This document shows, in pieces, positions 39,270-48,266 of a stretch of DNA of 64,000 nucleotides. Source of the stretch: Candidatus Yanofskybacteria bacterium RIFCSPHIGHO2_01_FULL_43_32 (lineage in GTDB: Bacteria; Patescibacteriota; Minisyncoccia; 2-02-FULL-40-12; GWA2-44-9); the NCBI GenBank assembly GCA_001794125.1, contig MGJF01000002.1, positions 37,751 to 101,750 on the forward strand, in the 5' to 3' direction. Below the pieces are notes generated by a model. That model saw nothing but the letters and a program-made list of their open reading frames with translations, had not been told where the DNA came from and did not search any database. Position numbers and translations under genes: made by a program. Position 1 is the first letter of the stretch, and every line of letters starts with the position of its first letter.

Positions 39270-39936
39270 CGAGAGGGAGAATTTAAAAGATCTGATCCCT
39301 TCGATTTTTGGTTTAATGCCGGAGATTTCTGTTTTAGTCGTGGACGACAATTCTTCCGACGGTACGCGGGAATTGGTCGGGTTTATGAAGACAGGTTTTA
39401 AAAACCTTTTTCTTTTGGAAAGAAAAAATAACTTTGGTTATGGGCGTTCAAGCATCGACGGATTCAAGTGGATATTTGAAAGACCATATGACAATGTTGT
39501 GACAATGGACGCCGATTTTTCACATAATTTTAATGAAGTACCCGCCTTACTGGAAAAACTTAAAAACTCTGATGTTGCGATGGGCTCTCGGTATATAAGG
39601 GGAGGCGGAGTTAAAAATTGGAGTTTTTTCAGGAGAGTTTTAAGCAGGCTTGCTAATCTTTATGTAAAAATAATTTTAGGTCTTCCTGCTGCGGATGCTA
39701 CGTCTGGATTTAATGCTTACCGGGTGACTTCATTGAAAAAAATAAATTTAGACAAGATAGATTCAAACGGATACGCCTTCCTTGTGGAATTAAAATATCG
39801 GCTTTTCAGGGCTGGCTCTAAATTTATCGAACACCCAATTCTGTTCAGTGAGCGCAGGGAGGGGCAATCAAAAATGTCCGGCAAAATAATATGGGAATCA
39901 ATCAAGCTTCCTTGGAAACTGAAATTATTCAATTAG
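39226..39936 (+). CDS. polyprenyl-phosphate glycosyltransferase (GT2, Dpm1/ArnC/GtrB-like)
   Basis: [16 protein letters not shown]...[22 protein letters not shown]. Confidence 0.75.
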   Translation: MSDYSQSIVLIPTLNERENLKDLIPSIFGLMPEISVLVVDDNSSDGTRELVGFMKTGFKNLFLLERKNNFGYGRSSIDGFKWIFERPYDNVVTMDADFSHNFNEVPALLEKLKNSDVAMGSRYIRGGGVKNWSFFRRVLSRLANLYVKIILGLPAADATSGFNAYRVTSLKKINLDKIDSNGYAFLVELKYRLFRAGSKFIEHPILFSERREGQSKMSGKIIWESIKLPWKLKLFN

Positions 39937-40467
39937 TATTGCCGCGGCGACCACGGTTGTCCAGAGGCCGTCTTTGTTGCCGATGGCTGATTGAGTGTAA
40001 TTTGTCGTCTTGAATATTTGTTCGGAGGCTTTGAATATTTGTTCTCTTTCGTCCCATGCGGTATCGGGGTCAAACTCTATGCCCAATGTGGTTGCCAGCA
40101 TTTGCGCGGCCAGGTCTTCCGCGTAATCGCCGGCTTTTTCATCTGTTTCCCCGAAAGGGTGGTGTTCCGACAGATAACCGTATTGATTCGGATCTTGCGG
40201 AATGGCAACGCCTATCGAAGCCGAAATCAACCTGTTCGGCTCATTGGTGGCATTGCGGGCGATGACGGCGTGAACCACCGAACCCGGCGGCAGTAATTTA
40301 ATTCCTTCTTCGCGGGTTATTTTTTTAACATTCGGCGGGTAGATGCTGGATACCGCAACTAAATTGTACGGCGCGACTCCGGCGGCGCGCAACGCCAGCT
40401 CGAAAGAAGTTAAATATTCTTTGTGCGTTCCCGAACCTTTGGTGAAAAATATTTTTGTCGGCAGCAT
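39925..40467 (-). CDS. pdaD: pyruvoyl-dependent arginine decarboxylase
   Basis: [39 protein letters not shown] and [12 protein letters not shown] align with M. jannaschii PdaD [38 protein letters not shown] / ISAAISVAIPKD; Ser-Ser self-cleavage site present. Confidence 0.75.
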   Translation of the reverse strand: MLPTKIFFTKGSGTHKEYLTSFELALRAAGVAPYNLVAVSSIYPPNVKKITREEGIKLLPPGSVVHAVIARNATNEPNRLISASIGVAIPQDPNQYGYLSEHHPFGETDEKAGDYAEDLAAQMLATTLGIEFDPDTAWDEREQIFKASEQIFKTTNYTQSAIGNKDGLWTTVVAAAILIE

Positions 40468-40526
40468 AATTTAATTTTACAACAAAAAAATATTTTTTAA
40501 ATATTTTTTTGTTGATAACTAAAATA

Positions 40527-40560
40527 AAACCGCATTGAATGCGATTTTATTTTGAGATAA
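40527..40560 (-). terminator. rho-independent terminator for the wbaP-like gene
   Basis: On the - strand: atcgcatt-c-aatgcggt (one G-U) followed by tttatttt. Confidence 0.45.
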
Positions 40561-40573
40561 TTTTTTAAAAAAA

Positions 40574-41911
40574 TTATTTTCCCGACCTCTGAAACATAAT
40601 CCTGATAGTTTTGAGAGCAATTCCAATATCCAAGATCAAAGAGCGGTTTTTGATATAGTACAGATCGTATTTTAATTTTTCGGCCGCATCGGCCACGGAA
40701 GAACCGTAGCGGAAATTTATCTGGGCCCAGCCGGACAGCCCCGGTTTTATCAGATATCTTTCTTCATAGAACGGAACTGTTTTTAATTGTTCATTAAACT
40801 CCGGCCGCTCTGCCCGCGGTCCGATAAATGCCATCTGTCCTTTGAGGATGTTCCATAATTGGGGCAACTCATCTATTCTTGTTTTACGCATAAATCCGCC
40901 CGCTTTGGTTATTCTGGGGTCGTTGTTTGAGGCCCAAATCGCGCCGGTGTTTTTCTCGGCGTCTTTATTCATCGTTCTGAATTTAATAATTTCAAAAGTT
41001 TTACCAAGCTGGCCGACCCTTTTCTGTTTGTAAAAAACCGGTCCTTCCGAAGTCATTTTGATCAAAAAAACGATAAAAGGATAAAACAGCAAGCTGAACA
41101 GGCCCAGAACAACGGCGAAAACCAAGTCGCTGACGCGTTTGGCCATTTCGTATGCTCTTTTGTTTCCTTCGTTCAGATTTTCCAGAAACCAAATCTGGTT
41201 GATTGCCCCTAAAGGAACCATACCCGTCAGGCGTTCGTAAAAAGAAGCAAGGTTTACGAAACCAACCTTTTGCTCAAGAGACTTGTAAAAGATGTCTATT
41301 ATTTCAGGAACCTGATATGCTTCCGGGCTTAAAACGATTGTGTCTATTTTTTCTTCTTTAATTACCATGTCAATGTGCTTTAGTTTGTCCGAAGCTATGT
41401 CTATGACGGACTTAATCTCATAACCTAACTGGGGATTTTCTTTTATGAACAGATCAAGTTCAAGGGACTGATTATTCGTCCCCACGATGAGTATTGATTT
41501 CTTGAAACCTTTTTGCAGAATATTATTGGAAACAGAACGGCTAAGAAATTCCAGTCCCGTAAAAACAGCCACAAAAATCAACAGATTTGTTTTCGGCGTA
41601 ATTCCATACAGGGGAATTACATAGAAAAACAACACGGAAATTGCGGCGGCTATGATAATTGCCCGGAAAAGCGCCGAATAAAAATGGATATTGTTTCTTA
41701 GCAGCTTTGGTTCGTAGAGATTAGCAATATAAAAAACTAAAAGCCAGGAAATGAAAATCAAAGAAAACGGGTATAAGTGTACCGTATATTTCTCATAGAG
41801 ATTGTCGGGATACCGGATTAGAAGAGTCAATACCAGGGAAAAATAAAGAATCGTAATATCCGAGAAGAAAATTAAGAATTTTTTCACCCTCTGATTATAC
41901 CAAATTTGCAA
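40574..41911 (-). CDS. initiating polyprenyl-phosphate hexose-1-phosphate transferase (WbaP/EpsL 'bacterial sugar transferase' family)
   Basis: N-terminal TM helices; C-terminal RVSDLVFAVVLGLFSLLFYPFIVFLIKMTSEGPVFYKQKRVGQLGKTFEIIKFRTM ... PGLSGWAQI. Confidence 0.8.
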   Translation of the reverse strand: MQIWYNQRVKKFLIFFSDITILYFSLVLTLLIRYPDNLYEKYTVHLYPFSLIFISWLLVFYIANLYEPKLLRNNIHFYSALFRAIIIAAAISVLFFYVIPLYGITPKTNLLIFVAVFTGLEFLSRSVSNNILQKGFKKSILIVGTNNQSLELDLFIKENPQLGYEIKSVIDIASDKLKHIDMVIKEEKIDTIVLSPEAYQVPEIIDIFYKSLEQKVGFVNLASFYERLTGMVPLGAINQIWFLENLNEGNKRAYEMAKRVSDLVFAVVLGLFSLLFYPFIVFLIKMTSEGPVFYKQKRVGQLGKTFEIIKFRTMNKDAEKNTGAIWASNNDPRITKAGGFMRKTRIDELPQLWNILKGQMAFIGPRAERPEFNEQLKTVPFYEERYLIKPGLSGWAQINFRYGSSVADAAEKLKYDLYYIKNRSLILDIGIALKTIRIMFQRSGK

Positions 41912-41965
41912 TAAAAATCAACCCTGATATAATTTGTCCAGCAAAGAAATAGAGAAGGAATTTCG

Positions 41966-42928
41966 GTGGCTGAAACGGTCAGAAACTTAACAATCGGGGT
42001 AATTGGTGTTGGAATGGTCGGTGAGCCGATAAGGTGGTGGTTTGAAGAAAAAAGAGGATTAAAACGTAATCTTGAACTGTTTTGTTATGACACAGATCCG
42101 GCAAGGGGCTATTTTGATGATTACAACAAAGCAGATATAATCTTCGTTTCTGTTCCTACTCCGCCTAATCCGAATGGCAGTTGTAACACCTCCATAGTTA
42201 AGAGTGTAGTCGGGTCCATTCAAGGAGAAAAAATAATCGTTATTAAGTCAACGGTGCCTCCGGGAACTACCGAAGGTCTTCAAAAGGGATTTCCTCAACA
42301 TAAATTTTTATTTAATCCCGAGTTTCTTACGGAGTCTCAAGCACGAGAAGATTTTTTGAAACCGGTTAGGCAGATAGTCGGTTATACAGAGAAAAGTCGG
42401 GATGTTGCTTTGGCGGTTTTAAATCTTTTGCCGGCATCGTATTATCAAAGCCCCTGGATGGCTTCTACTTATACAATTAGGAGACATACGGCAACCGAGG
42501 CGGAAATGATAAAATATGCTTCAAATGTATTCGGAGCTATCAAAGTTAGTTTTGGAAATATGATCTGCGACATATGTAATGGCCTCGAATCTTCTGAAGG
42601 ACTGGATATTAATTACGAAAACGTTAGGGATGCTCTTGGTGCTGATCCTCGGATAGGCCCGGCTTGGCTAGACATCAATCACGGTTCATACCGTGGATTT
42701 GGCGGCTACTGTTTTCCGAAAGATTTAAGAGCCTTTACCGTATTTGTTTCTGAGTTAACAAAAAAGATTAGCCAACCAATGACGGATAGGATGGCGAAGA
42801 TTATAGATCTTTTTATGACCGTATGTAACTATAATTACCATCTTCTTTTGGATCAAAGATTGACCATTAAAGATGTTTCTATGCACGATAAGGAAATTAT
42901 ATTGACCAAAAGAAAGGCCATTAAATAA
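41966..42928 (+). CDS. UDP-glucose/GDP-mannose dehydrogenase-family protein, short form (lacks the C-terminal UDP-binding domain)
   Basis: IGVIGVGMVG, IKSTVPPGTT, GGYCFPKD catalytic Cys motif; only 320 aa. Confidence 0.55.
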   Translation: MAETVRNLTIGVIGVGMVGEPIRWWFEEKRGLKRNLELFCYDTDPARGYFDDYNKADIIFVSVPTPPNPNGSCNTSIVKSVVGSIQGEKIIVIKSTVPPGTTEGLQKGFPQHKFLFNPEFLTESQAREDFLKPVRQIVGYTEKSRDVALAVLNLLPASYYQSPWMASTYTIRRHTATEAEMIKYASNVFGAIKVSFGNMICDICNGLESSEGLDINYENVRDALGADPRIGPAWLDINHGSYRGFGGYCFPKDLRAFTVFVSELTKKISQPMTDRMAKIIDLFMTVCNYNYHLLLDQRLTIKDVSMHDKEIILTKRKAIK

Positions 42929-42950
42929 TCCCACTAAGACGGGATTTTTA
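42928..42950 (+). terminator. rho-independent terminator
   Basis: atccc-actaagac-gggat followed by tttta. Confidence 0.45.
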
Positions 42951-42994
42951 TTGTCTTTTGTTCTAAAAATTGCTAAAATTTTAGCGTAGTATAA

Positions 42995-44671
42995 ATGTCG
43001 GTCTATATAAAATTTGTGAAATCCAGGATTTATAAAAACATAGTTATTATCAGTGTATTGTTGGCATCTTTTTTTATTTCAACTACTAACGTCTCGGCTG
43101 ATACCATAGGCCAGTCCGTGATTTTCAACGTTAACTCCAAGTATGACCAGTTTTCCAGAACGAGTTTGAGCGCTACGCTTAGGCAAACATCGGAACACGC
43201 CTACTTTTATGTGGAGGACAGATATTGGAACAATTTAAATCTAAACGAAAGAGTCATTCTCAACAACAACATATCTGCTCTGGGTCAGGAATTTGAAAAC
43301 AATATTTATCCGAAAGAAACTCAATTCTGGGGTTCGGAGCCGAATCCGGGAATAGATGATGACCCAAAGATCACTATTGTTCTGGAAAGTTTGGTTTCCG
43401 GAAACGGCGGTTATTTTGACACGACCAACGAGTATCCTAAAAAAATTGCCGCCAATTCAAACGAACGGGAGATGATATTTATAAGCGTCCAGGCCGGCAG
43501 TTTCGCTAAAATTTTTTTAGGGCATGAATTTCAGCACCTTATCTCCTATAATCAAAAAGAAATTTTAAGAAAAGTTCAGGAAGATGTTTGGCTTAACGAA
43601 TTAAGATCGGAGTATTCAGTTTCTTTGCTTGGTTATAATGACAATTTTTACGGCTCAAGTTTGGATAGACGGGTAAGCACGTTTTTAGAAAACTCCTCCG
43701 ACAGTTTGACCGAGTGGCCTAATGTTTCCACTGATTATGCTCAAGTAGTTCTTTTCGGGCAGTATTTATTGGAACAATTCGGTCAGTCAATATTTAAAGA
43801 AACCCTCCAAAGTCCGACGGTTGGCATTGATTCAATAAATAAATTTCTTCAGGAACATAATTATCAAGAAAAGTTTTCAAATGTCTTTGAAAACTGGACA
43901 GTTGCCGGTTATTTAAACAATGTTTTCCCGGATACGCGCTATGGCTACCAAAGAAACGAGTTAAAAAATATTCATGTAATTCCCGAACAATCATTTTTAT
44001 CCCATCCTTCCCCACACACATTCAATTACAGCTTAAAGTCCTGGCAGGCGAATTGGCACAAATACAACCTTTCTTCTCTGCCTTCCGATAAAGCGGTAAA
44101 AATAAATTATAACCCCGATTACTTGTTTCGGGTTTTGTATGCGGATAACTTGGGGCGGATCGGCGTTTTGAACAATCCGGGATATATCACAAACCCGGGC
44201 GGGTTGAGTTCTGTCGTTTTGATGCCCGTCAATGAAATCGAAACTTCGGATTTTGGCAGCGAAGAAACTCCGAGAACAATCTCTTTGGGCATAAGTTACG
44301 TGGATAATGCATCAGCGCAGCCCGTTGCCGATGGCGCATTGATAAAAAGGCCCGGCGAAGCGGAGGTTTATGTCGTTGAAGGAAAATACAAGAGATATCT
44401 AAGGCCGGAAATTGTTCAATTATATGGCCAGTTAGATTCGTCAAAAGCAATTGAACTTGAAGATAAAACATTTAACTCATATACAACCGCTAATTATGTC
44501 AGGGGTGTGAATGATAAAAAAGTTTATGCCGTTTGGCCGGATGGGACCAAGCACTGGCTTAATATGACGGGGGACTATTTTACTCGATCGGGACGGGATT
44601 GGGGCGCGATATTTATTATTAATGAATCAGAGCTCGGTGCATATAAAACAGGATCAGAAATTACAAAATAG
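42995..44671 (+). CDS. secreted protein with HExxH motif (possible zinc metallopeptidase)
   Basis: N-terminal signal peptide IVIISVLLASFFISTTNVSA; FLGHEFQHL. Confidence 0.4.
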   Translation: MSVYIKFVKSRIYKNIVIISVLLASFFISTTNVSADTIGQSVIFNVNSKYDQFSRTSLSATLRQTSEHAYFYVEDRYWNNLNLNERVILNNNISALGQEFENNIYPKETQFWGSEPNPGIDDDPKITIVLESLVSGNGGYFDTTNEYPKKIAANSNEREMIFISVQAGSFAKIFLGHEFQHLISYNQKEILRKVQEDVWLNELRSEYSVSLLGYNDNFYGSSLDRRVSTFLENSSDSLTEWPNVSTDYAQVVLFGQYLLEQFGQSIFKETLQSPTVGIDSINKFLQEHNYQEKFSNVFENWTVAGYLNNVFPDTRYGYQRNELKNIHVIPEQSFLSHPSPHTFNYSLKSWQANWHKYNLSSLPSDKAVKINYNPDYLFRVLYADNLGRIGVLNNPGYITNPGGLSSVVLMPVNEIETSDFGSEETPRTISLGISYVDNASAQPVADGALIKRPGEAEVYVVEGKYKRYLRPEIVQLYGQLDSSKAIELEDKTFNSYTTANYVRGVNDKKVYAVWPDGTKHWLNMTGDYFTRSGRDWGAIFIINESELGAYKTGSEITK

Positions 44672-44715
44672 GATTAATTTTTTGGGATCTGGTCAAGACT
44701 TGCAAACTTATTTTC

Positions 44716-45396
44716 TTGTGCCATTATGGCCAGATGAAAAGGCCCTCTGTTTACCTAATAGAATCAAGCAGTCGTCAAGATTTGGCTCAAATGTTTATGC
44801 GCTTCCAGGAGTATTATGAGTCTCCTGAATTCAAGGGAAAAACCTTTTCTATCGATGAATTTGTCCATTGGTACACTCAGAAGCATAAAGCCTTCACATA
44901 CACTCGCGACTGGTACGGCTTTAATATCCCAGCTTCTGTCCTCCAGCCATTCCGAGACGGCCAATTTGACCCGCTTACGACCAAAGAACGCAATTTGCTT
45001 AAATTGTGTGAAAAGGCAGACACAAATTCATATATTATAGGTGTAACTCCAAGTGCCGAGTATTTTAAGGAAACCGTTAAGCATGAATTTGTTCATGGGG
45101 CGTTTCATGTCGATCGTTTTTATAGAGATGAGGTTAAGGCGTGCCTTTTGAATAATAACGTAAAAGAGATTGTCACAGGATTAAAGAAGATGGGTTATCA
45201 CGAAGATGTTTTTGCGGACGAGGCAAACGCTTATGTGCTTATAGAACCCGAAACTATTCAGGAATTTGCATCAATTTCCAATACAAAGCGTCTTAGAGAA
45301 GATTTGAGAACAATTTTTCAGAAGCATTTCGGCTTTTCAATTCTCGACATAAAAGTCCAGGAACTGCTTGGGCGAGTGGAGCATGTTTTAATATAA
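44716..45396 (+). CDS. hypothetical protein with HEFVH motif
   Basis: KHEFVHGAFH; no other recognised domain. Confidence 0.3.
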   Translation: MCHYGQMKRPSVYLIESSSRQDLAQMFMRFQEYYESPEFKGKTFSIDEFVHWYTQKHKAFTYTRDWYGFNIPASVLQPFRDGQFDPLTTKERNLLKLCEKADTNSYIIGVTPSAEYFKETVKHEFVHGAFHVDRFYRDEVKACLLNNNVKEIVTGLKKMGYHEDVFADEANAYVLIEPETIQEFASISNTKRLREDLRTIFQKHFGFSILDIKVQELLGRVEHVLI

Positions 45397-46722
45397 ATAG
45401 CCCCAAGTTTGCAGCTTATCGCTGTCTTCTGACCACGTAGCGCCGATATCGGTTCGATAAAACATATTTACCAGCATAATATTTTCTATTCTCAAATATG
45501 CTTGTTTTCTCGCCTCTTCCATGGTTGAGCCGCTTCCTGTGACGATGAGCACATATGCGCTTTCCCCGGCGACTCTCCATACTCCGTCGGTTATTTTTAC
45601 GTCACCCAAATGGACGCCCTCGGTGTTCTGTTTTTTAAAAAGTATGGAAAGGTCTTTGTATATTTCAAATTCGGACTTATCTTCAGATGGAAATGGCGGA
45701 ACAACGCAAACCACTCCTACCTGGAACCCCTTTTTTGTTTTTAGGTCATAGTCTTCCTTGTGAGCCAATGCGTAAAAGAACTCTCCCCATTCCGAAAGCA
45801 CCCCCTCTTGCTGAATATTAATCGTCGGATATCCGAACCGGCAGGTAAATTCGAGAGGATAGATACCGCGTCCGTTGACGATACAGTTAATGTCTATATA
45901 TCCCACATACCCCGACTTATGAAGGTCTTCTTCCATCTTTCCCGTAGTTTCACCGAACAATTTATTGGATTCGCACCAGAACATTGAAGTACCCATCTCA
46001 CCGGTCATTGGTCCCAATTCGCCGGGAAATAATCTTTTGTGTTCAAAAGCTATCAGGATCGGGGTAATGAATTTATTGCCGTTGAAAAATGCCGATGCGC
46101 CGACCTCAACGCCCGAAACGAATTTTTGAAGCTGGAATTGTTTAATTTTTTTGCTGATTATTTTTTTATTTTGCTCGAGAATCTCATAAAGATCGCGTCC
46201 GTCTTCTTCTTTTCCCGCAAACAACAAACCTCTCCATTCGCCGGGAACAAATCCGGAAGGTTTGTAGACATATCTTCCGGGATTTTCTTTTATGAATTGC
46301 AGGGCTTTATCATAATCATCAAAATCCCACGATGGAAGAGTCAGCATTCCCAAACGCTTCATCTCGGCCTGGCCGAATTCGCGGTCATCTTCAAGCCTGT
46401 CGGTATATTCGCTTCCGCCTATCACGGCTTTGCCTTCTTTTCTTAGCGCATCGGCTTCTTTACCGAAACCCACATCGTCAAAAATCACAACATCCGCCCA
46501 TTTAACGTGGTCTTTCCAATCGCTGACTTTTTCAATAAAGCCATCATATTCATCCGCTACATCTTTGATGCAGCATTTTACTTTATGGCCTTCGTTTTGT
46601 ATTTTCCATGCTAAGTCGCCGGAGAGCGCTTCCCACGATACAAATAAAAATTTATATTTCTTGCCCTGAACTTGTTGAAGGGTTTTTTCTCCGTTGTGGC
46701 CGTTGCCGTTTCCGTTTGCCAT
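45388..46722 (-). CDS. phosphoribosylamine-glycine ligase (PurD)-like ATP-grasp enzyme
   Basis: LAWKIQNEGHKV; FTCRFGYPT (PurD FNCRFGDPE); C-terminal RVAGESAYVLIVTGSGSTMEEARKQAYLRIENI...RTDIG (PurD GGRVLCVTALGHTVAEAQKRAY...RKDIG). Confidence 0.6.
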   Translation of the reverse strand: MANGNGNGHNGEKTLQQVQGKKYKFLFVSWEALSGDLAWKIQNEGHKVKCCIKDVADEYDGFIEKVSDWKDHVKWADVVIFDDVGFGKEADALRKEGKAVIGGSEYTDRLEDDREFGQAEMKRLGMLTLPSWDFDDYDKALQFIKENPGRYVYKPSGFVPGEWRGLLFAGKEEDGRDLYEILEQNKKIISKKIKQFQLQKFVSGVEVGASAFFNGNKFITPILIAFEHKRLFPGELGPMTGEMGTSMFWCESNKLFGETTGKMEEDLHKSGYVGYIDINCIVNGRGIYPLEFTCRFGYPTINIQQEGVLSEWGEFFYALAHKEDYDLKTKKGFQVGVVCVVPPFPSEDKSEFEIYKDLSILFKKQNTEGVHLGDVKITDGVWRVAGESAYVLIVTGSGSTMEEARKQAYLRIENIMLVNMFYRTDIGATWSEDSDKLQTWGYLY

Positions 46723-46779
46723 TTTCTAATTTAAATTTACGCCTTAAATAAAATCTATACAAGAAATTTTGTGCATAAG

Positions 46780-46808
46780 TTGAATTAAAAAATAATTAGT
46801 TGTATAGT
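46780..46808 (+). promoter_or_regulatory. putative promoter TTGAAT-17nt-TATAGT immediately upstream of hpf ATG (possibly leaderless)
   Basis: -10 ends 6 nt before ATG 46815. Confidence 0.3.
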
Positions 46809-46814
46809 TTTATT

Positions 46815-47144
46815 ATGAAAATAGATATTTCTACAAAAAACATGACTCTGGACGAACCGCTCCGAATTTTTATAGAAGATAAAATAGGCGGATTGGACCA
46901 TTTGATAGGCAACGACAAGGGGCAGGCGAAAGTTGAGGTGGGAATGCCGTCCAAACATCACCGTTCAGGGGATATTTTTTCCGCCGAGGTTAACCTGTCT
47001 CTTGGGGGCAAATTATTAAGAGCAACCTGCACTCATGAAGATCTTCGCAATGCCATTACCGATGTCAAAGACGAACTCCAAGTCCAGATAAAAAAGTTCA
47101 AAGAAAAAACGACCGAGCGAAGAGCGAGGAAGTACCGAGCGTAG
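46815..47144 (+). CDS. hpf: ribosome hibernation promoting factor / sigma54-modulation protein (HPF/YfiA/RaiA family)
   Basis: MKIDISTKNMTLDEPLRIFIEDKIGGLDHL ... AEVNLSLGGKLLRATCTHEDLRNAITD matches HPF architecture. Confidence 0.8.
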   Translation: MKIDISTKNMTLDEPLRIFIEDKIGGLDHLIGNDKGQAKVEVGMPSKHHRSGDIFSAEVNLSLGGKLLRATCTHEDLRNAITDVKDELQVQIKKFKEKTTERRARKYRA

Positions 47145-47318
47145 AAACGCGAATGCAGAACAGATCTGGCAAGGCAGCCTAAAGAATAGCTGACACAACC
47201 TCCATGCATGCTGCGGAGCATACTTTTCTAAAATACTACTGATTTTATAAAAGCATGCTCCCTCCGCCGGTTGTTTTGGTTGTGTATAATGTTTGGCAAT
47301 AGAGGTTCAAATTTTTTA

Positions 47319-47942
47319 ATGAAAAATCTTAAAGATGCAATTATTGTTCTTGGTGGCGGAATAGAGCCAGATGGCTCATTGCCGGACATACCAAAACTTA
47401 GAATAACTAAAGGCATTGAGCTACTGAATAATGGAGTTGCTCTAAGAATTATCATGTCTGGGAAATGGGGATTTTGGCTTGAGAAATAACCAGCCAGAAC
47501 CGAAGCCGAAGCAATGAGGGAATACGCTGTTGGTTTAGGCACTTCAGCAGACGCTATTCTTAAAGAGGACGTTTCAAAAGACACAATTGGCAACGCATAC
47601 TTCTGTAAACTGAATTTTTTAGAACCTAACGATTGGCACAATATTGTTATTGTAACTTCGGATTACCACATACCAAGAACTCGCTATATTTTTGAGAAAG
47701 TTTTAGGAAGTGGTTACACAATTGAATTTGCGTCAGTAGGAAGCAAGCTATCGCCCGAAGAATTTGCTGCTAAAATTAATAAAGAAAATAAGACCACAGA
47801 GTTTCTAAAAAAGTGGTTTGACTCAATAAGTCCAGGAGATACCAAAGCCATTAAAGAACTGATGTATGCCAAACATCCAGGTTATACTGAAAATCCAGAA
47901 GTAACCAAGGAGCAATTATTAAAAATGTTAGGCAGAAGTTAA
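47319..47942 (+). pseudogene. DUF218 (YdcF/ElyC/SanA) family gene interrupted by an in-frame TAA at 47487-47489
   Basis: IIVLGGGIEPDGSLPD...IMSGKWGFWLEK*PARTEAEAMREYAVGLG...VIVTSDYHIPRT; both halves are in the same frame and span the DUF218 SGGxG...EAEAM signature. Confidence 0.5.
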
Positions 47943-48266
47943 GCGCAGCCCCATCGTTTTTATGTCACTTTGACGAGGCGAGGTTGATAAGTAGTTTAGC
48001 GAAAGGCCTTGCCTGATTTTCTCACTTATGACGAATGGTTGGCAGTGTCTGTGAGCGACGCTATTTTTCTGGGAAACCGAGCCGGAGGTGGCAGGAACGG
48101 GCTCGCTCAAAGAGCGAACCGCATGGCCTGACGGAGGTGGCTCCGGGCGGTCAGAAAAATTAGAAGCGAGCAGATACACTGCCCCATGAGGAGTCCGGTG
48201 AGGAAAATCAGGTGAGGCATGGAGCGTCTTTATTTTTGCTCAAAACCGTGCTAAAATGGCGGGATA
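47943..48266 (+). ncRNA. candidate structured noncoding RNA / leader upstream of secA (identity unknown)
   Basis: About 320 nt with no credible ORF, conspicuously GC-rich relative to its surroundings, repeated ggaggtggc elements and multiple short inverted repeats. Confidence 0.3.

Noticed and set aside
47943-48266. Assigning the GC-rich intergenic region specifically to SRP RNA or RNase P RNA
   Set aside because: Only loose resemblance (no GGAA/GNRA loop of SRP domain IV, no P4 consensus); kept as an unassigned candidate ncRNA instead
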